Assembly (NCBI GenBank): GCA_018065085.1
Contig: JAGHUA010000031.1
Coordinates: 2,288 to 66,287 of the forward strand
Direction: 5' to 3'
From: Candidatus Liminaster caballi
Lineage (GTDB): Bacteria > Bacteroidota > Bacteroidia > Bacteroidales > UBA3663
DNA length: 64,000 nucleotides
Part shown: one piece after another, positions 27,114 to 36,989 of the stretch
How positions within the stretch are numbered: the stretch's first letter is position 1
Layout: each line of letters opens with the position of its first letter
Notes under the pieces: model-generated
Databases searched by the model: none
What the model was told of the DNA's origin: nothing
Seen by the model: only the letters and a program-made list of their open reading frames with translations
Position numbers and translations under genes: made by a program

Positions 27114-27121
27114 CAAAAATA
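27114..27121 (-). promoter_or_regulatory. -7 box TATTTTTG (minus strand) upstream of the candidate msr
   Basis: Plus-strand caaaaata, ~30 nt upstream of the a1 repeat. Confidence 0.3.
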
Positions 27122-27590
27122 AAAAAATCTCTATATGCTAAGCAAATAATAGCGCACAAATATAGTTATAATTTTTGACATACTAACACTTTTGAGATAG
27201 AAAATAATTATTGCACATAAGTTGCACAGCAAAACAAGATATGCTAGATAGCAAAATAGAGCCATTTAGAGCCAATAAAAACATATTATGCAACTTTATT
27301 CTTTGCCATGATTCCATCTGATTAGAACTATAAATCCAAATACAGAGATCCAGATATCTAATGTATTTTGTAATAAGTGTGAGTGACGAGTCATAATCTG
27401 AGTTATGTCTCGCCATTCTTTTTTTTGCAATTTACAACATATACCAAGACCGTCGTATAGACTTTCCTACAAACTGCTCATATAATAGTCGATAACAACA
27501 AATGAATAAAGTTATCACATAGCATAACATCAGGGGAGAAGGCGTGAAGACACCCTTGTCCCGCATTATTAACACTAAAATCAATACGAT

Positions 27591-27923
27591 ATGATGGAAG
27601 ATCTACTTGAAAGACTTGACCAGATCAAGATGTTCACTCTTATCGGGTCAAAGAACATGCTCACACATGAAGAAGCTGCATTTTACTTGGGTATATCAAG
27701 CACCCATTTAACGAAACTCAAATCAAACCGCAAAATTCCTTATTATCAGCCTCAGGGGAAAATCTGTTATTTCGACAAGTCTGAACTTGATGAGTGGATG
27801 CGGCAAGGCAAAGTTAAAACTCTGATGGAAGTTGAAAATGATGCATTGGCACACATAGCCAATAAAGGTAAGCTCCCTATAACACTTACCAGAGACTTAT
27901 TCTGTTTAGTTTACATCATCTAA
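27591..27923 (+). CDS. HTH_17 / excisionase-like DNA-binding protein, 110 aa
   Basis: LTHEEAAFYLGISSTHLTKLKSNRKIPYYQPQGKICYFDKSELDEWM is typical of Bacteroidetes mobile-element HTH proteins. It is convergent with the integrase and overlaps its 3' end by 18 nt. Confidence 0.6.
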   Translation: MMEDLLERLDQIKMFTLIGSKNMLTHEEAAFYLGISSTHLTKLKSNRKIPYYQPQGKICYFDKSELDEWMRQGKVKTLMEVENDALAHIANKGKLPITLTRDLFCLVYII

Positions 27924-29108
27924 GACATCATTGAGAAGACTGGCCGCTTGTTTCTTCTTAGAGTCAAGTACCTTGGCATATATCTGTGTCATTCTTGTGT
28001 CTGAGTGTCCAAGCAACTCTGATACGACATAGAGGTCCGCACCTTGTGTAATTAACATCGTGGCATAAGTGTGTCTCGCTGTATGGAATGTGACATGCTT
28101 ATCGATATTAGCTTTCTTTGTCCAATCATGAATATGAAGTTCCAGGGCAGACTTCTGACACAAGTGAAACACTTTGTCAGTGTCAAGTGCATCGCCGCGC
28201 TCAGGAAGCCATCTCATAGCGGGCTTGTCAATAGGTTGGTTGATAAGCTTTTTTGTTTTCTTCATCACAATACTAGCTGTAAGGACCTCTCCATCCTTCT
28301 TTAAGTCTCCCCAAATCATTGCCATAATATCGCTGATACGAAAGCCAGAGAAGCAACTAAAGAGGAAGGCTCGTTTGGTTTCTTTATTCTTACATGGTAC
28401 CTCGACAAGTGCTTTTACCTCATCAATCGAGAGGAATGGTCTTTGCTCAGTACACTGTTTCAAAGTAATATCCATCTTATCAATCGGATTGGCCTTCAAA
28501 TAATCATGTTTCACAGCCCAAGACAAAGCAATGTTCAATACAGCAAAGTAACTGTAGGCAGTTCCTTGTGAGATAGTCTTTGGTTCAACACCCATTTTCC
28601 TTTCCTTTGGTGTTGGCAACTTAAAACGTGTGTCTCTTGCTGTCCTCAAATAGTCTTCAAATCCCTCACAGAAGGCTATATCAACATTACCGATTCTGAT
28701 ACCCTTAAGAGACTTCTCTTCAATGTAGTGATCCAGCATGACCATTGCACACTTGATGAAAATAATGCGAGCTTCACTTTTCTGTTCACTTACTTTCTTA
28801 GCAAGGAAGATCTCCATATAGTCATGCAAAGTAATCTTACTCTTGGATGTCCTTAGTACAAGTCCTGCGGAGTTATAGGAGATGTCTATGATACGTTGAG
28901 ACTTTATAGCGTTAGCAGTTAACAGTGTCTCGTCGTTCTTGTTCTTATCTGACTTAGTCACCTCGGGAATCAAGTATAAGTTCAAAAACTCATAGCTTCT
29001 TACTCCATCCTTATAGATGTCTAAGTAGATATTCTGACTCCCATCGGCCAGTTTTCTAAAACGCAGTCTTACCTGCTCCTTAACTTTACGTTGTTGGTTA
29101 TTTGTCAT
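27906..29108 (-). CDS. Tyrosine site-specific integrase, 400 aa
   Basis: The catalytic region is HTARHTYATMLITQGADLYVVSELLGHSDTRMTQIYAKV. The N-terminal Arm/SAM-like region is typical of Bacteroidetes integrases. Confidence 0.9.
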   Translation of the reverse strand: MTNNQQRKVKEQVRLRFRKLADGSQNIYLDIYKDGVRSYEFLNLYLIPEVTKSDKNKNDETLLTANAIKSQRIIDISYNSAGLVLRTSKSKITLHDYMEIFLAKKVSEQKSEARIIFIKCAMVMLDHYIEEKSLKGIRIGNVDIAFCEGFEDYLRTARDTRFKLPTPKERKMGVEPKTISQGTAYSYFAVLNIALSWAVKHDYLKANPIDKMDITLKQCTEQRPFLSIDEVKALVEVPCKNKETKRAFLFSCFSGFRISDIMAMIWGDLKKDGEVLTASIVMKKTKKLINQPIDKPAMRWLPERGDALDTDKVFHLCQKSALELHIHDWTKKANIDKHVTFHTARHTYATMLITQGADLYVVSELLGHSDTRMTQIYAKVLDSKKKQAASLLNDVLDDVN

Positions 29109-29441
29109 AAATCAATATTTTCATGTTTGTCACTCATGCAAATATACAAGAAAAGTTGTTACTTGTCTATGATTTAAGACTAATTTGCCCAGTTTTCAGT
29201 GTTTTTAGCGTAACAATAAAATAAACGATAAGCGCGTGTATCGGGTGCGAATTGTTAATGATATGTTAATGAGACTTTCATAGGCATGGTCTCTCTATGG
29301 GGTTTGCGACTGAAAATCAATATTTTGAGAAGCGATACTTTTATGTTTTGTTACTCGCTCATTTTTTTGTTGTTTTAACGTTACTTTACACTTCGAGTAA
29401 CAAGCGAACAACAAAAAAGGGTAAGACAAGAGCTAAACAAA

Positions 29442-29476
29442 AGCCAGGAAAGAAGGGTTGAGTTTCTTTCCTGGCT
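29442..29476 (-). terminator. 13-bp perfect hairpin downstream of der, on island DNA
   Basis: AGCCAGGAAAGAA / TTCTTTCCTGGCT with a 9-nt loop and T-rich flanks on both strands. It lies 72 nt after the der stop. Confidence 0.55.
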
Positions 29477-29546
29477 TTTGTCTTGAATATGTAACTTATT
29501 GAAAACCTTTAGTTTGTGAAAACTGGCACTTCAAAAAGCGGTTCAA

Positions 29547-29566
29547 ATCACTTCTCGCGCATGAAG
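29547..29566. repeat. attR: 20-bp direct repeat ATCACTTCTCGCGCATGAAG
   Basis: It covers the last codons and stop of der (FMREK, then TGA). Confidence 0.9.
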
Positions 29567-30906
29567 ATGTTGATCGGTGTGCCGGAGAATTCCCAACGCT
29601 CGCGGATCTTGTTCTCAAGATAACGGCGGTAAGGATCCTTTACCCACTGCGGGAGATTGCAGAAGAAGGCAAATGAAGGAACCTGCGGCACGTTGACATG
29701 CTCTTCGTGGCTCTTGTCATCGCTGACGGTTGTTGTGGCCTTGAGCTGGGTGACATACTTGATCTTGACGAACTTGCCCTTGTTGTTAGGCGGCGGATAG
29801 GCTCCGATAACTTCGAGCATATACTCGTTGAGCTCGGATGTCTTGATGACACGCTTGCGGTTCTCATAGACCTTGCAGGCTGTCTCGATAACCTTGTAGA
29901 TGCGCTGCTTGGTGACGGCTGAGGCGAAGATGATAGGGAAGTCGGTGAAAGGAGCAAAACGGCTGCGGATGGCGTCCTCCATGCACTTGACAGACTCCTT
30001 TGACTTGTCGGCCATGATGTCCCACTTGTTGACACACACCACAAGACCCTTGCGGTTCTTCTCGATGAGCGAGAAAATGTTCATATCCTGTGCCTCAATG
30101 CCTCGGGTGGCATCGATCATAAGGATGCAGACGTCTGAGTTCTCGATGGCACGGATGGAACGGAGCACGGAATAATACTCGATGTCCTCGCTGACCTTCT
30201 GCTTTTTGCGGATACCGGCTGTATCGACAAGATAGAATGCGAAACCGAACTTGTCGTACTTGGTATAGATGGAATCGCGTGTAGTGCCTGCAATGTCGGT
30301 GACGATGTGACGTTCCTCGCCCATAAAGGCGTTGAGAAGCGATGACTTGCCAGCATTTGGACGACCTACGATGGCGAACTTTGGCAGATCCTCAAGATCG
30401 TCGGAATCATCTTTCTTGAAACGCGAACAGATCTCGTCGAGCAGATCGCCTGTGCCCGAACCATTGGCAGACGAGATGATGAACGGATCGCCAAGACCAA
30501 GCGAATAGAACTCGGCGGCATAGACGTGCTGGTCGTAGTTGTCGGCCTTATTGCAGACAACGATTACCTCCTTGCCTGATTTGCGCAGGATGCGTGCCAC
30601 CTGATCGTCGAGGTCGGTGACGCCATTCATGATATCGACAAGGAACAGGATGACGTCGGCCTCGTCGATGGCAATCTCGACCTGCTTGTTGATCTCATCC
30701 TCGAAAATGTCTTCTGAATTGACCACCCATCCGCCTGTATCGACAAGACTGAACTCACGGCCTCCCCAAAGTACATGACCATACTGACGGTCGCGTGTGG
30801 TGCCTGCGGTGTCGCTGACGATGGCTGTACGGGTCTCGGTCAAACGGTTGAAAAGGGTCGATTTGCCTACATTAGGACGACCCACAATAGCTACTAAATT
30901 TCCCAT
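29548..30906 (-). CDS. der: Ribosome-associated GTPase Der (EngA)
   Basis: Two tandem GTPase domains ([16 protein letters not shown] and [16 protein letters not shown]) plus a KH-like C-terminus. Confidence 0.95.
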   Translation of the reverse strand: MGNLVAIVGRPNVGKSTLFNRLTETRTAIVSDTAGTTRDRQYGHVLWGGREFSLVDTGGWVVNSEDIFEDEINKQVEIAIDEADVILFLVDIMNGVTDLDDQVARILRKSGKEVIVVCNKADNYDQHVYAAEFYSLGLGDPFIISSANGSGTGDLLDEICSRFKKDDSDDLEDLPKFAIVGRPNAGKSSLLNAFMGEERHIVTDIAGTTRDSIYTKYDKFGFAFYLVDTAGIRKKQKVSEDIEYYSVLRSIRAIENSDVCILMIDATRGIEAQDMNIFSLIEKNRKGLVVCVNKWDIMADKSKESVKCMEDAIRSRFAPFTDFPIIFASAVTKQRIYKVIETACKVYENRKRVIKTSELNEYMLEVIGAYPPPNNKGKFVKIKYVTQLKATTTVSDDKSHEEHVNVPQVPSFAFFCNLPQWVKDPYRRYLENKIRERWEFSGTPINIFMREK

Positions 30907-31229
30907 CTTAGTAAAAAAGTTATAAGTTAATTGTTATAAACTTTCCTTCAGCCTTGTTTCTGCCTATGGGGTGTCCGACGCCTGTTGACCGTCACGGTCA
31001 TGGCTGTCAGCCTCATGGACTATGGGTAAGGTATCCGAAGGAATACTGACTATGACTCTACGTGATATGCACGTGGTAGAATCACGTGTTAGAGTCGTGC
31101 AAAGATAATAAGTTTAATAGTAATGGCAAAATAATTAGATGAAAAAGAGGCGAAAATGAAACATTTCCGCCCCGTTTTGTTATGATTTGCAGTCAAAGCA
31201 TGATGCAAAGTGACTGATTTTTAACCTGA

Positions 31230-34200
31230 TTATCGTTCGAAAGGACTGATTGTAATCACACGGTCGAAAGGCACGGCACGCACCTTATAATCATCGAGCA
31301 CATAGACGGCTGTGCAGCCCACACCTGTAGTGGCATAGTCGAGGTTGAGCGTATAACGATCGTCCAACTGTTGCAGCTGATAGGTGAACTGGCTCTTGGT
31401 AAGATTATCGGTCGAGAACGGATAGGCATTGAAGTTGAAAAGTTCGTTCATTGAGATCTGCAGACCATGACCCTCAGCATCGAGAAGCTGGAGGTAACGG
31501 ATGTCAGTGCGAAGAGCATGATCCTGCGGGAAAAGATATGGCTCATACATGTCGGCTGCAGACTTGGACCAGATGCCTACAGGATAGCCCGTCTTGCGGT
31601 CGGGATAGTTCTCTTCAGGTCCACGGCCATACCATGTGAGCTGGTCGAACCGGCTGGAAACAGATGTAGTGAAGCCAATGCGAGGCAGGAGTTCGGGGAA
31701 CTTGCCATGCGGACTGGCATGAGTGTGGATGGTGAGCGTGCCATCGTCGAAGAACTGATAGGTGTAGTCGAGCGTATAGCCTGCCATGACAATTCCCTGG
31801 ATGTAGGGATCGAGCGAGGCAAACGAGGCGGCTCCCATCTGTACGAGCTGACGCACGGTGACCTGAGTGGAATAATCGGACTGCGAGAACTGGATATCGG
31901 CTACGCTGGTCTGCGGATTGTCAAGTCCCTTGGAATAGAACAGCGTTGCCACCATGCCGCCATAACCCTCAGCATAACCGCCATTGACACGCATGGCATC
32001 CCATTCGTCGAACTCATTGGCCAAAGGTGCACGCCACAGGTTGAAGGAGAGAGGTTCCTGAAGAACGGGGTCGCCATTGAGCATGATCTGCTCAAGATTG
32101 CCCGTCTCCTTATTTATAATATATGAGAAACCTTCGCCACTGATAGTGATCTGGCGGTCAGAAACATCGGCCTTGAGACGAGATGACGTACGCTGCACCT
32201 CGGCCTTTGCCAAATGCCATGAAGTGAGTTCGAGCTGATCCCATGCAACCTCATGATCGGCGTTTGCCCAAAGTTCGTCGTGCTTCAGCGTTGAGGTGAT
32301 GTTTACGCGATATTCACGGCCTGGCTCGATGACCGGCTTATGATATGGAATGCTTATGATCTGTTTCTGCTGAGGCGCTGCAGAGAGCTGGAGATCGCCT
32401 TCTTCGAGCACGTCGCCGTCGGACATCAGCTGCCAATGGGTGGCATAAGAACTGAGGTCGGTGAAATAGAGACGGTTGGTAACCTCGGCCTCTCCGGTCT
32501 CGGCATTGAGCAGACGTATGCTGATTGGCTGGGTAGTCCACTTCATCTGACGCATCTCGGGTTGAACTGTACGGTCTGGCCAGATGCAGCCATAAGTGCG
32601 CATGTTGCCGCCGATGGTGTAGAACGTTCCCTCATTGCCATTGCCGTCGAAAGTGAGATAGAGAACGGCATCCTCAGCCTTGCCCTCGCCATCGGCAAGA
32701 CATTTGTTATAGATTGCCACATTATCCATCTCGGCCTGTGCTGTGTAGATGGTCTGCGGTCCCTGGGCATGATTGCCGGCTAAGCGACCGATATTGATCG
32801 GATATGGGAAATTGGACATGCCTTTTGCTTTGGTGGAAGTGCTGCCAAGAAGCTGTCCATCGACATAGAGTCTCATCTCATCGTTGCCCCATGAGGCGGT
32901 GACGTGATGCCACTGATCTTCCCACTGAGCAGGCAGAGGAACTTCAAGAACGTGTTTTGTGCCTGTGTGGATATAGAACTGAAGCTTGTCGCTGCCTCGC
33001 TGAACGACTCCGAACTGTGTGCTGCCCTTGGTGACGAACGGCGCACCATCGAACATACCGCACAACCTGCCTGGCTTGACATCGAAGCTGATGGTCAATG
33101 CACGACCAGAAAGTTCGACATTCCGGCTGCGATAGACCTCCACCCACTCATCATGTCCGCTTAGGTACAACACTCCGCGCTGCACCTTGGAATTGCCCAT
33201 GAGATGAACAGGAGTATGATATGGCGAACTGTCGGTGAGCGGACGGATATGATCCTCAAGACCGGGATTGACAAAATCCCAGATTGCGCCTCCCATGAGT
33301 CGCGGATGACGACGGATGACATCCCAATATTCATCCATGCCGCCGCCGGCATTGCCTGCCACGGAAAGATATTCGTCCATAAATGACGGACGCGGATCGA
33401 CAGACTCAGGCACCATTGCCGTGTTCCGTTCGAGCTCGAAAGGCGTAGGATAACGCGGACCGATAATCTCTTCACCCGGATGGGCATAAGCATTGCCACC
33501 ATACATGAAGTAACGGGTAGGATCGTATTTCTTGCCTTCCTTTACCACCTCGGTGATATTGGGACCTTCGCCACTCTCATTGCCAGCACTCCAGAAGAGT
33601 ACGCACGGATGGTTTCTGTCGCGCATCACAAGCTGACGCACACGTTCGAGATACATCGGCAAGAATTTCGGATCGCTGGAAACAAACTCGGTGGCATGCG
33701 CCTCGTCGCCAGCTTCATCGATAATGTAAAGACCATATTCGTCGGCCAGCTCCAGATATTTGTTGACAGGCGGATAGTGTGATGTGCGTACAGCATTGAA
33801 ATTGTGCTGCTTCAAGATTTCCATATCACGGCGGATGGTCTCCTCATCGACCACATGTCCCTTGACTGGATGCTGCATGTGGGTGTTGATGGCATTGACC
33901 TTGATAGGCTGGCCATTGAGATAGAATGTCTGATGACGGATCTCGGTCTCCTTGAATCCCATGCGGCTTGTGATCTGCTGCATGACGTTTCCCGATTCAT
34001 CGAGAAGTTCGAGTTTTAAGGTATAGAGCACAGGTGTCTCGCATGTCCATTTGGCAGGCTTCTCGATGTGAGAAGCCATTTGGAATGAACGTTTGTCCCT
34101 GCCTTTGATCTGGAAAGGCTCAGTCTGCATCTCACGGACCTTCGCACCCTGGGCATCGGTCAAAGTGGCTCGTACGGAATAGTTGGCAGAACTCTCCTCA

Positions 34201-34955
34201 TAGCTCTTGACATCGACATTGAGACTGAGATCGGCATCGCGATAATCATCATCAAGATCGGTGGTCACGAACCAGTCGAACAGACGAGTGCGTGGTGTGG
34301 CATAGAGCGTGACATCGTCAAAGATGCCTGCCAGACGCCAATAATCCTGTCCCTCCAGATAGTAGCCATCGCTATATTTCACGACGCACACTGCCAGAGT
34401 GTTCTTGCCAGGCTTGACAAAAGAGGTGACATCATATTCGGCAGGTTCCTGACCTCCTTCGTTATAGCCTACCTGCTGGCCATTGATCCACACAAACGAT
34501 GCGCTCTGGACTTTCTCAAGTCGGAGGAAAATCTGCTGGCCACGCCATTGCGAAGGAATGTTGAAGGTACGACGATAAGCTCCAGTCGGATTGTATTCGC
34601 GAGGGACAAAGGGAGGATTGGCTTTGAACGGAGTCGGAACATTGCGGAACAGAGGATCTCCAAATCCCTCCATTTCCCAGTTGCTTGGCACCGAGATACT
34701 GCTCCACTTGCCGTCGCGGAAATCGGTGCGATAGAAATCATGAGGAATCTCCTCGGGCGTATTGGCAAAGAAGAAACGCCAAGTGCCATTGAGCGAGATC
34801 TGACGGTCGGCCACATAATAGGCATGAGGCTCCTCCTGATTCTCCTCGAAGACACTTGTGTTCTCTATGTAGTCATAGATATGTTCAAGATATTGAGCCT
34901 GCAACTGACATGAAAGGACAGATAGCAGACCTGCAAAAATGACTTTAAGTGACAT
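31230..34955 (-). CDS. Secreted GH2 beta-galactosidase-like glycoside hydrolase, 1241 aa, with a LamG-like insert
   Basis: It has a signal peptide, the GH2 catalytic region NHPCVLFWSAGNESGEG, and a C-terminal beta-gal small-chain-like region. A LamG-like segment contains WHHVTASWGNDEMRLYVDGQLLGS. Confidence 0.9.
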   Translation of the reverse strand: MSLKVIFAGLLSVLSCQLQAQYLEHIYDYIENTSVFEENQEEPHAYYVADRQISLNGTWRFFFANTPEEIPHDFYRTDFRDGKWSSISVPSNWEMEGFGDPLFRNVPTPFKANPPFVPREYNPTGAYRRTFNIPSQWRGQQIFLRLEKVQSASFVWINGQQVGYNEGGQEPAEYDVTSFVKPGKNTLAVCVVKYSDGYYLEGQDYWRLAGIFDDVTLYATPRTRLFDWFVTTDLDDDYRDADLSLNVDVKSYEESSANYSVRATLTDAQGAKVREMQTEPFQIKGRDKRSFQMASHIEKPAKWTCETPVLYTLKLELLDESGNVMQQITSRMGFKETEIRHQTFYLNGQPIKVNAINTHMQHPVKGHVVDEETIRRDMEILKQHNFNAVRTSHYPPVNKYLELADEYGLYIIDEAGDEAHATEFVSSDPKFLPMYLERVRQLVMRDRNHPCVLFWSAGNESGEGPNITEVVKEGKKYDPTRYFMYGGNAYAHPGEEIIGPRYPTPFELERNTAMVPESVDPRPSFMDEYLSVAGNAGGGMDEYWDVIRRHPRLMGGAIWDFVNPGLEDHIRPLTDSSPYHTPVHLMGNSKVQRGVLYLSGHDEWVEVYRSRNVELSGRALTISFDVKPGRLCGMFDGAPFVTKGSTQFGVVQRGSDKLQFYIHTGTKHVLEVPLPAQWEDQWHHVTASWGNDEMRLYVDGQLLGSTSTKAKGMSNFPYPINIGRLAGNHAQGPQTIYTAQAEMDNVAIYNKCLADGEGKAEDAVLYLTFDGNGNEGTFYTIGGNMRTYGCIWPDRTVQPEMRQMKWTTQPISIRLLNAETGEAEVTNRLYFTDLSSYATHWQLMSDGDVLEEGDLQLSAAPQQKQIISIPYHKPVIEPGREYRVNITSTLKHDELWANADHEVAWDQLELTSWHLAKAEVQRTSSRLKADVSDRQITISGEGFSYIINKETGNLEQIMLNGDPVLQEPLSFNLWRAPLANEFDEWDAMRVNGGYAEGYGGMVATLFYSKGLDNPQTSVADIQFSQSDYSTQVTVRQLVQMGAASFASLDPYIQGIVMAGYTLDYTYQFFDDGTLTIHTHASPHGKFPELLPRIGFTTSVSSRFDQLTWYGRGPEENYPDRKTGYPVGIWSKSAADMYEPYLFPQDHALRTDIRYLQLLDAEGHGLQISMNELFNFNAYPFSTDNLTKSQFTYQLQQLDDRYTLNLDYATTGVGCTAVYVLDDYKVRAVPFDRVITISPFER

Positions 34956-34987
34956 GGTTTTTTAGATTAGATGCGTAATGAAGTATA

Positions 34988-35893
34988 TTAATCGAGATTA
35001 TATCCGAACTGAGTCAGATCCTTCATGTTGTTACGCCAGTCTTTCTCGACCTTGATGAAGGTCTTGAGCATGACCTGCTTGCCGAAGAATGCCTCGATGT
35101 CCTTGCGGGCCAAGGAGCCGAGCTTTTTGAGCATTGCACCGCCACGGCCAATGAGGATGCCCTTCTGACTGTCGCGCTCGCAATAGATGACAGCTGAGAT
35201 GTCTATGAGCTTGTCTGACTCTACGAACTGCTCAACACGAACCTCGCAGGCATAAGGAATCTCCTTGTCGTAGAGCAGAAGAATCTTCTCGCGGATGATT
35301 TCGGTAACAAAGAAACGCGCCGGTTTGTCCGTGAGCTGATCCTTATCGAAATAAGGCGGACACTCGGGCAGAAGATCCTTAATCTTGCTCAAGAGGATGT
35401 CTGTGCCAAAGCCATGAAGCGCTGAGATTGGAATAATCTCGGCCTCAGGCAAACGTGTATGCCACTCCTCAACCTTTGCGACAAGTTCGCCCTGCGTGAC
35501 AAGATCCATCTTATTGAGCACCACAATCACACGCGGCGCCATCGGTCCTTTGTCCTCGCTCATGCGTGTCACGGCAGCAAGAAACTGCTCGTTCTTGTCG
35601 GGTGTCTCGATGGTGTCGGTCAGATACAGAAGGACATCGGCATCCTGAAGTGCAGACTGTGAGAATGCCAACATAGACTCATGCAGACGCGACACAGGCT
35701 TGAGTACGCCAGGCGTGTCGCTATAGACTATCTGCATATCGTCGGTGTTGACGATACCCATAATACGATGTCTGGTGGTCTGCGCCTTAGCCGTAATAAT
35801 GCTAAGACGCTCGCCCACCAGAATATTCATTAACGTGCTCTTGCCGACATTAGGATTGCCGACAATGTTTACGAATCCAGCTTTGTGTGCCAT
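34988..35893 (-). CDS. era: GTPase Era
   Basis: [12 protein letters not shown] and DTPG motifs plus a C-terminal KH domain. It overlaps the fabH stop in a TAATG arrangement. Confidence 0.95.
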   Translation of the reverse strand: MAHKAGFVNIVGNPNVGKSTLMNILVGERLSIITAKAQTTRHRIMGIVNTDDMQIVYSDTPGVLKPVSRLHESMLAFSQSALQDADVLLYLTDTIETPDKNEQFLAAVTRMSEDKGPMAPRVIVVLNKMDLVTQGELVAKVEEWHTRLPEAEIIPISALHGFGTDILLSKIKDLLPECPPYFDKDQLTDKPARFFVTEIIREKILLLYDKEIPYACEVRVEQFVESDKLIDISAVIYCERDSQKGILIGRGGAMLKKLGSLARKDIEAFFGKQVMLKTFIKVEKDWRNNMKDLTQFGYNLD

Positions 35894-36888
35894 TAAATCT
35901 TACAGTCGCCCCATGTGAGGTAAACAGCACCCCATGTGAAACCAGAACCGAAGGCAGCAAGCATCAGGCGGTCGCCTTTCTTGAGCTTGCCTTCCATTGC
36001 AGCCTCATGGAGAGCAATAGGAATAGATGCGCTTGAAGTGTTGCCTACGTGGTCGATATTGCAGATGACCTTCTCCTCAGGAGCGTTGCAATGCTCACGC
36101 ACGGCATCGATGATACGCTTGTTGGCCTGATGTGTGCAAATCCAGTCGATATCATCGAGTGTGAGGTTGCCTTCTTCCATAACCTCGCTCACAGCGCTTG
36201 TCATGAAGGTGACAGCCTGCTTGAAGACGAACTTGCCGTCCTGGAGGATGTAATGAAGACCCTCGTCAACCATCTGGTGTGTAGGAACGTTGGCCGAACA
36301 GCCGCCACGACGGATGAGATGCTCATGACCGGCACCGTCAGCATGGATCTTGGTGATCTCAACACCAAACTCCTCGCTTGGCTCAACGAGAGCAGCAGCA
36401 CCACCATCGCCGAAGAGTGCGCATGTGGTACGATCCTGATAGTTGACGAACGAAGTCAGATTCTCAGCCGAGCAGATGATGATCTTCTTGTACATGCCTG
36501 CCTTGATATAGGCCTGAGCCTGCTGCAGACAGTAAAGGAAACCTGTACATGCAGAAAGGATATCATAGCACATGGCGTTGCGGATGTCAAGGGCATCGGC
36601 AATCACGCAGGCTGTGGATGGGAAGATATAATCAGGCATAGATGTGGCGCAGATAAGGCATTCAACCTCCTCTGGCTTTGTGCCGGTCTTCTCCAACACA
36701 TCCTTGACAGCTGGGATGGCCAGACGGCTTGAACCTGTTGGCTCGTTGCGCAGGACGTGACGAGACTTGATACCAGTACGTGTAGTAATCCACTCGTCAT
36801 TGGTATCGACCATCGTTGCGATCTCATCGTTGGTGAGAACGTATTCTGGCAAATAATGACTAATGCCTGTAATAGCAGCTTTAATCAT
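35893..36888 (-). CDS. fabH: Beta-ketoacyl-ACP synthase III
   Basis: Active-site contexts are SACTGF (Cys), HQANKRI (His) and GNTSSASIP (Asn). Confidence 0.95.
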   Translation of the reverse strand: MIKAAITGISHYLPEYVLTNDEIATMVDTNDEWITTRTGIKSRHVLRNEPTGSSRLAIPAVKDVLEKTGTKPEEVECLICATSMPDYIFPSTACVIADALDIRNAMCYDILSACTGFLYCLQQAQAYIKAGMYKKIIICSAENLTSFVNYQDRTTCALFGDGGAAALVEPSEEFGVEITKIHADGAGHEHLIRRGGCSANVPTHQMVDEGLHYILQDGKFVFKQAVTFMTSAVSEVMEEGNLTLDDIDWICTHQANKRIIDAVREHCNAPEEKVICNIDHVGNTSSASIPIALHEAAMEGKLKKGDRLMLAAFGSGFTWGAVYLTWGDCKI

Positions 36889-36918
36889 AGATCAGTAGTT
36901 TTTTAGGGATAAAACGAA

Positions 36919-36965
36919 AAAGAGGTATGAGGTAGGGTTGTTACGCTCTGGCCTCAAACCTCTTT
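36919..36965 (-). terminator. Hairpin terminator/attenuator between rpmF and fabH
   Basis: 14-bp stem with one mismatch (AAAGAGGTATGAGG / CCTCAAACCTCTTT). On the minus strand it is followed by TTTTCGTTTT. Confidence 0.6.
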
Positions 36966-36989
36966 CTTTTTGTTTCTAAGAGCAAAACC

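Larger units (their letters stand above)
21340..29546. mobile_element. 8.2-kb integrative island inserted in the 3' end of der
   Basis: It is bounded by perfect 20-bp direct repeats. A tyrosine integrase and an HTH_17 excisionase-like gene sit at the der-proximal end. It is AT-rich relative to both flanks. Cargo is a retron RT with ncRNA, an AAA+ ATPase and an S8 protease. Confidence 0.8.

Noticed and set aside
27183-27416. 77-aa minus-strand ORF between the retron promoter region and the HTH gene
   Set aside because: It lies in AT-rich intergenic DNA, has Cys/Leu/Ser-biased composition, no motif and no promoter box or coupling to neighbours. It is probably non-coding island regulatory or arm-site DNA.
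29109-29546. Expected a tRNA gene as the integrase target next to the integrase
   Set aside because: No cloverleaf-capable sequence is present. The duplicated att core lies in the der coding 3' end instead. The region does contain GTTACT motifs and A/T-run inverted repeats (29350-29418) that may be recombinase arm sites, but this is unproven.
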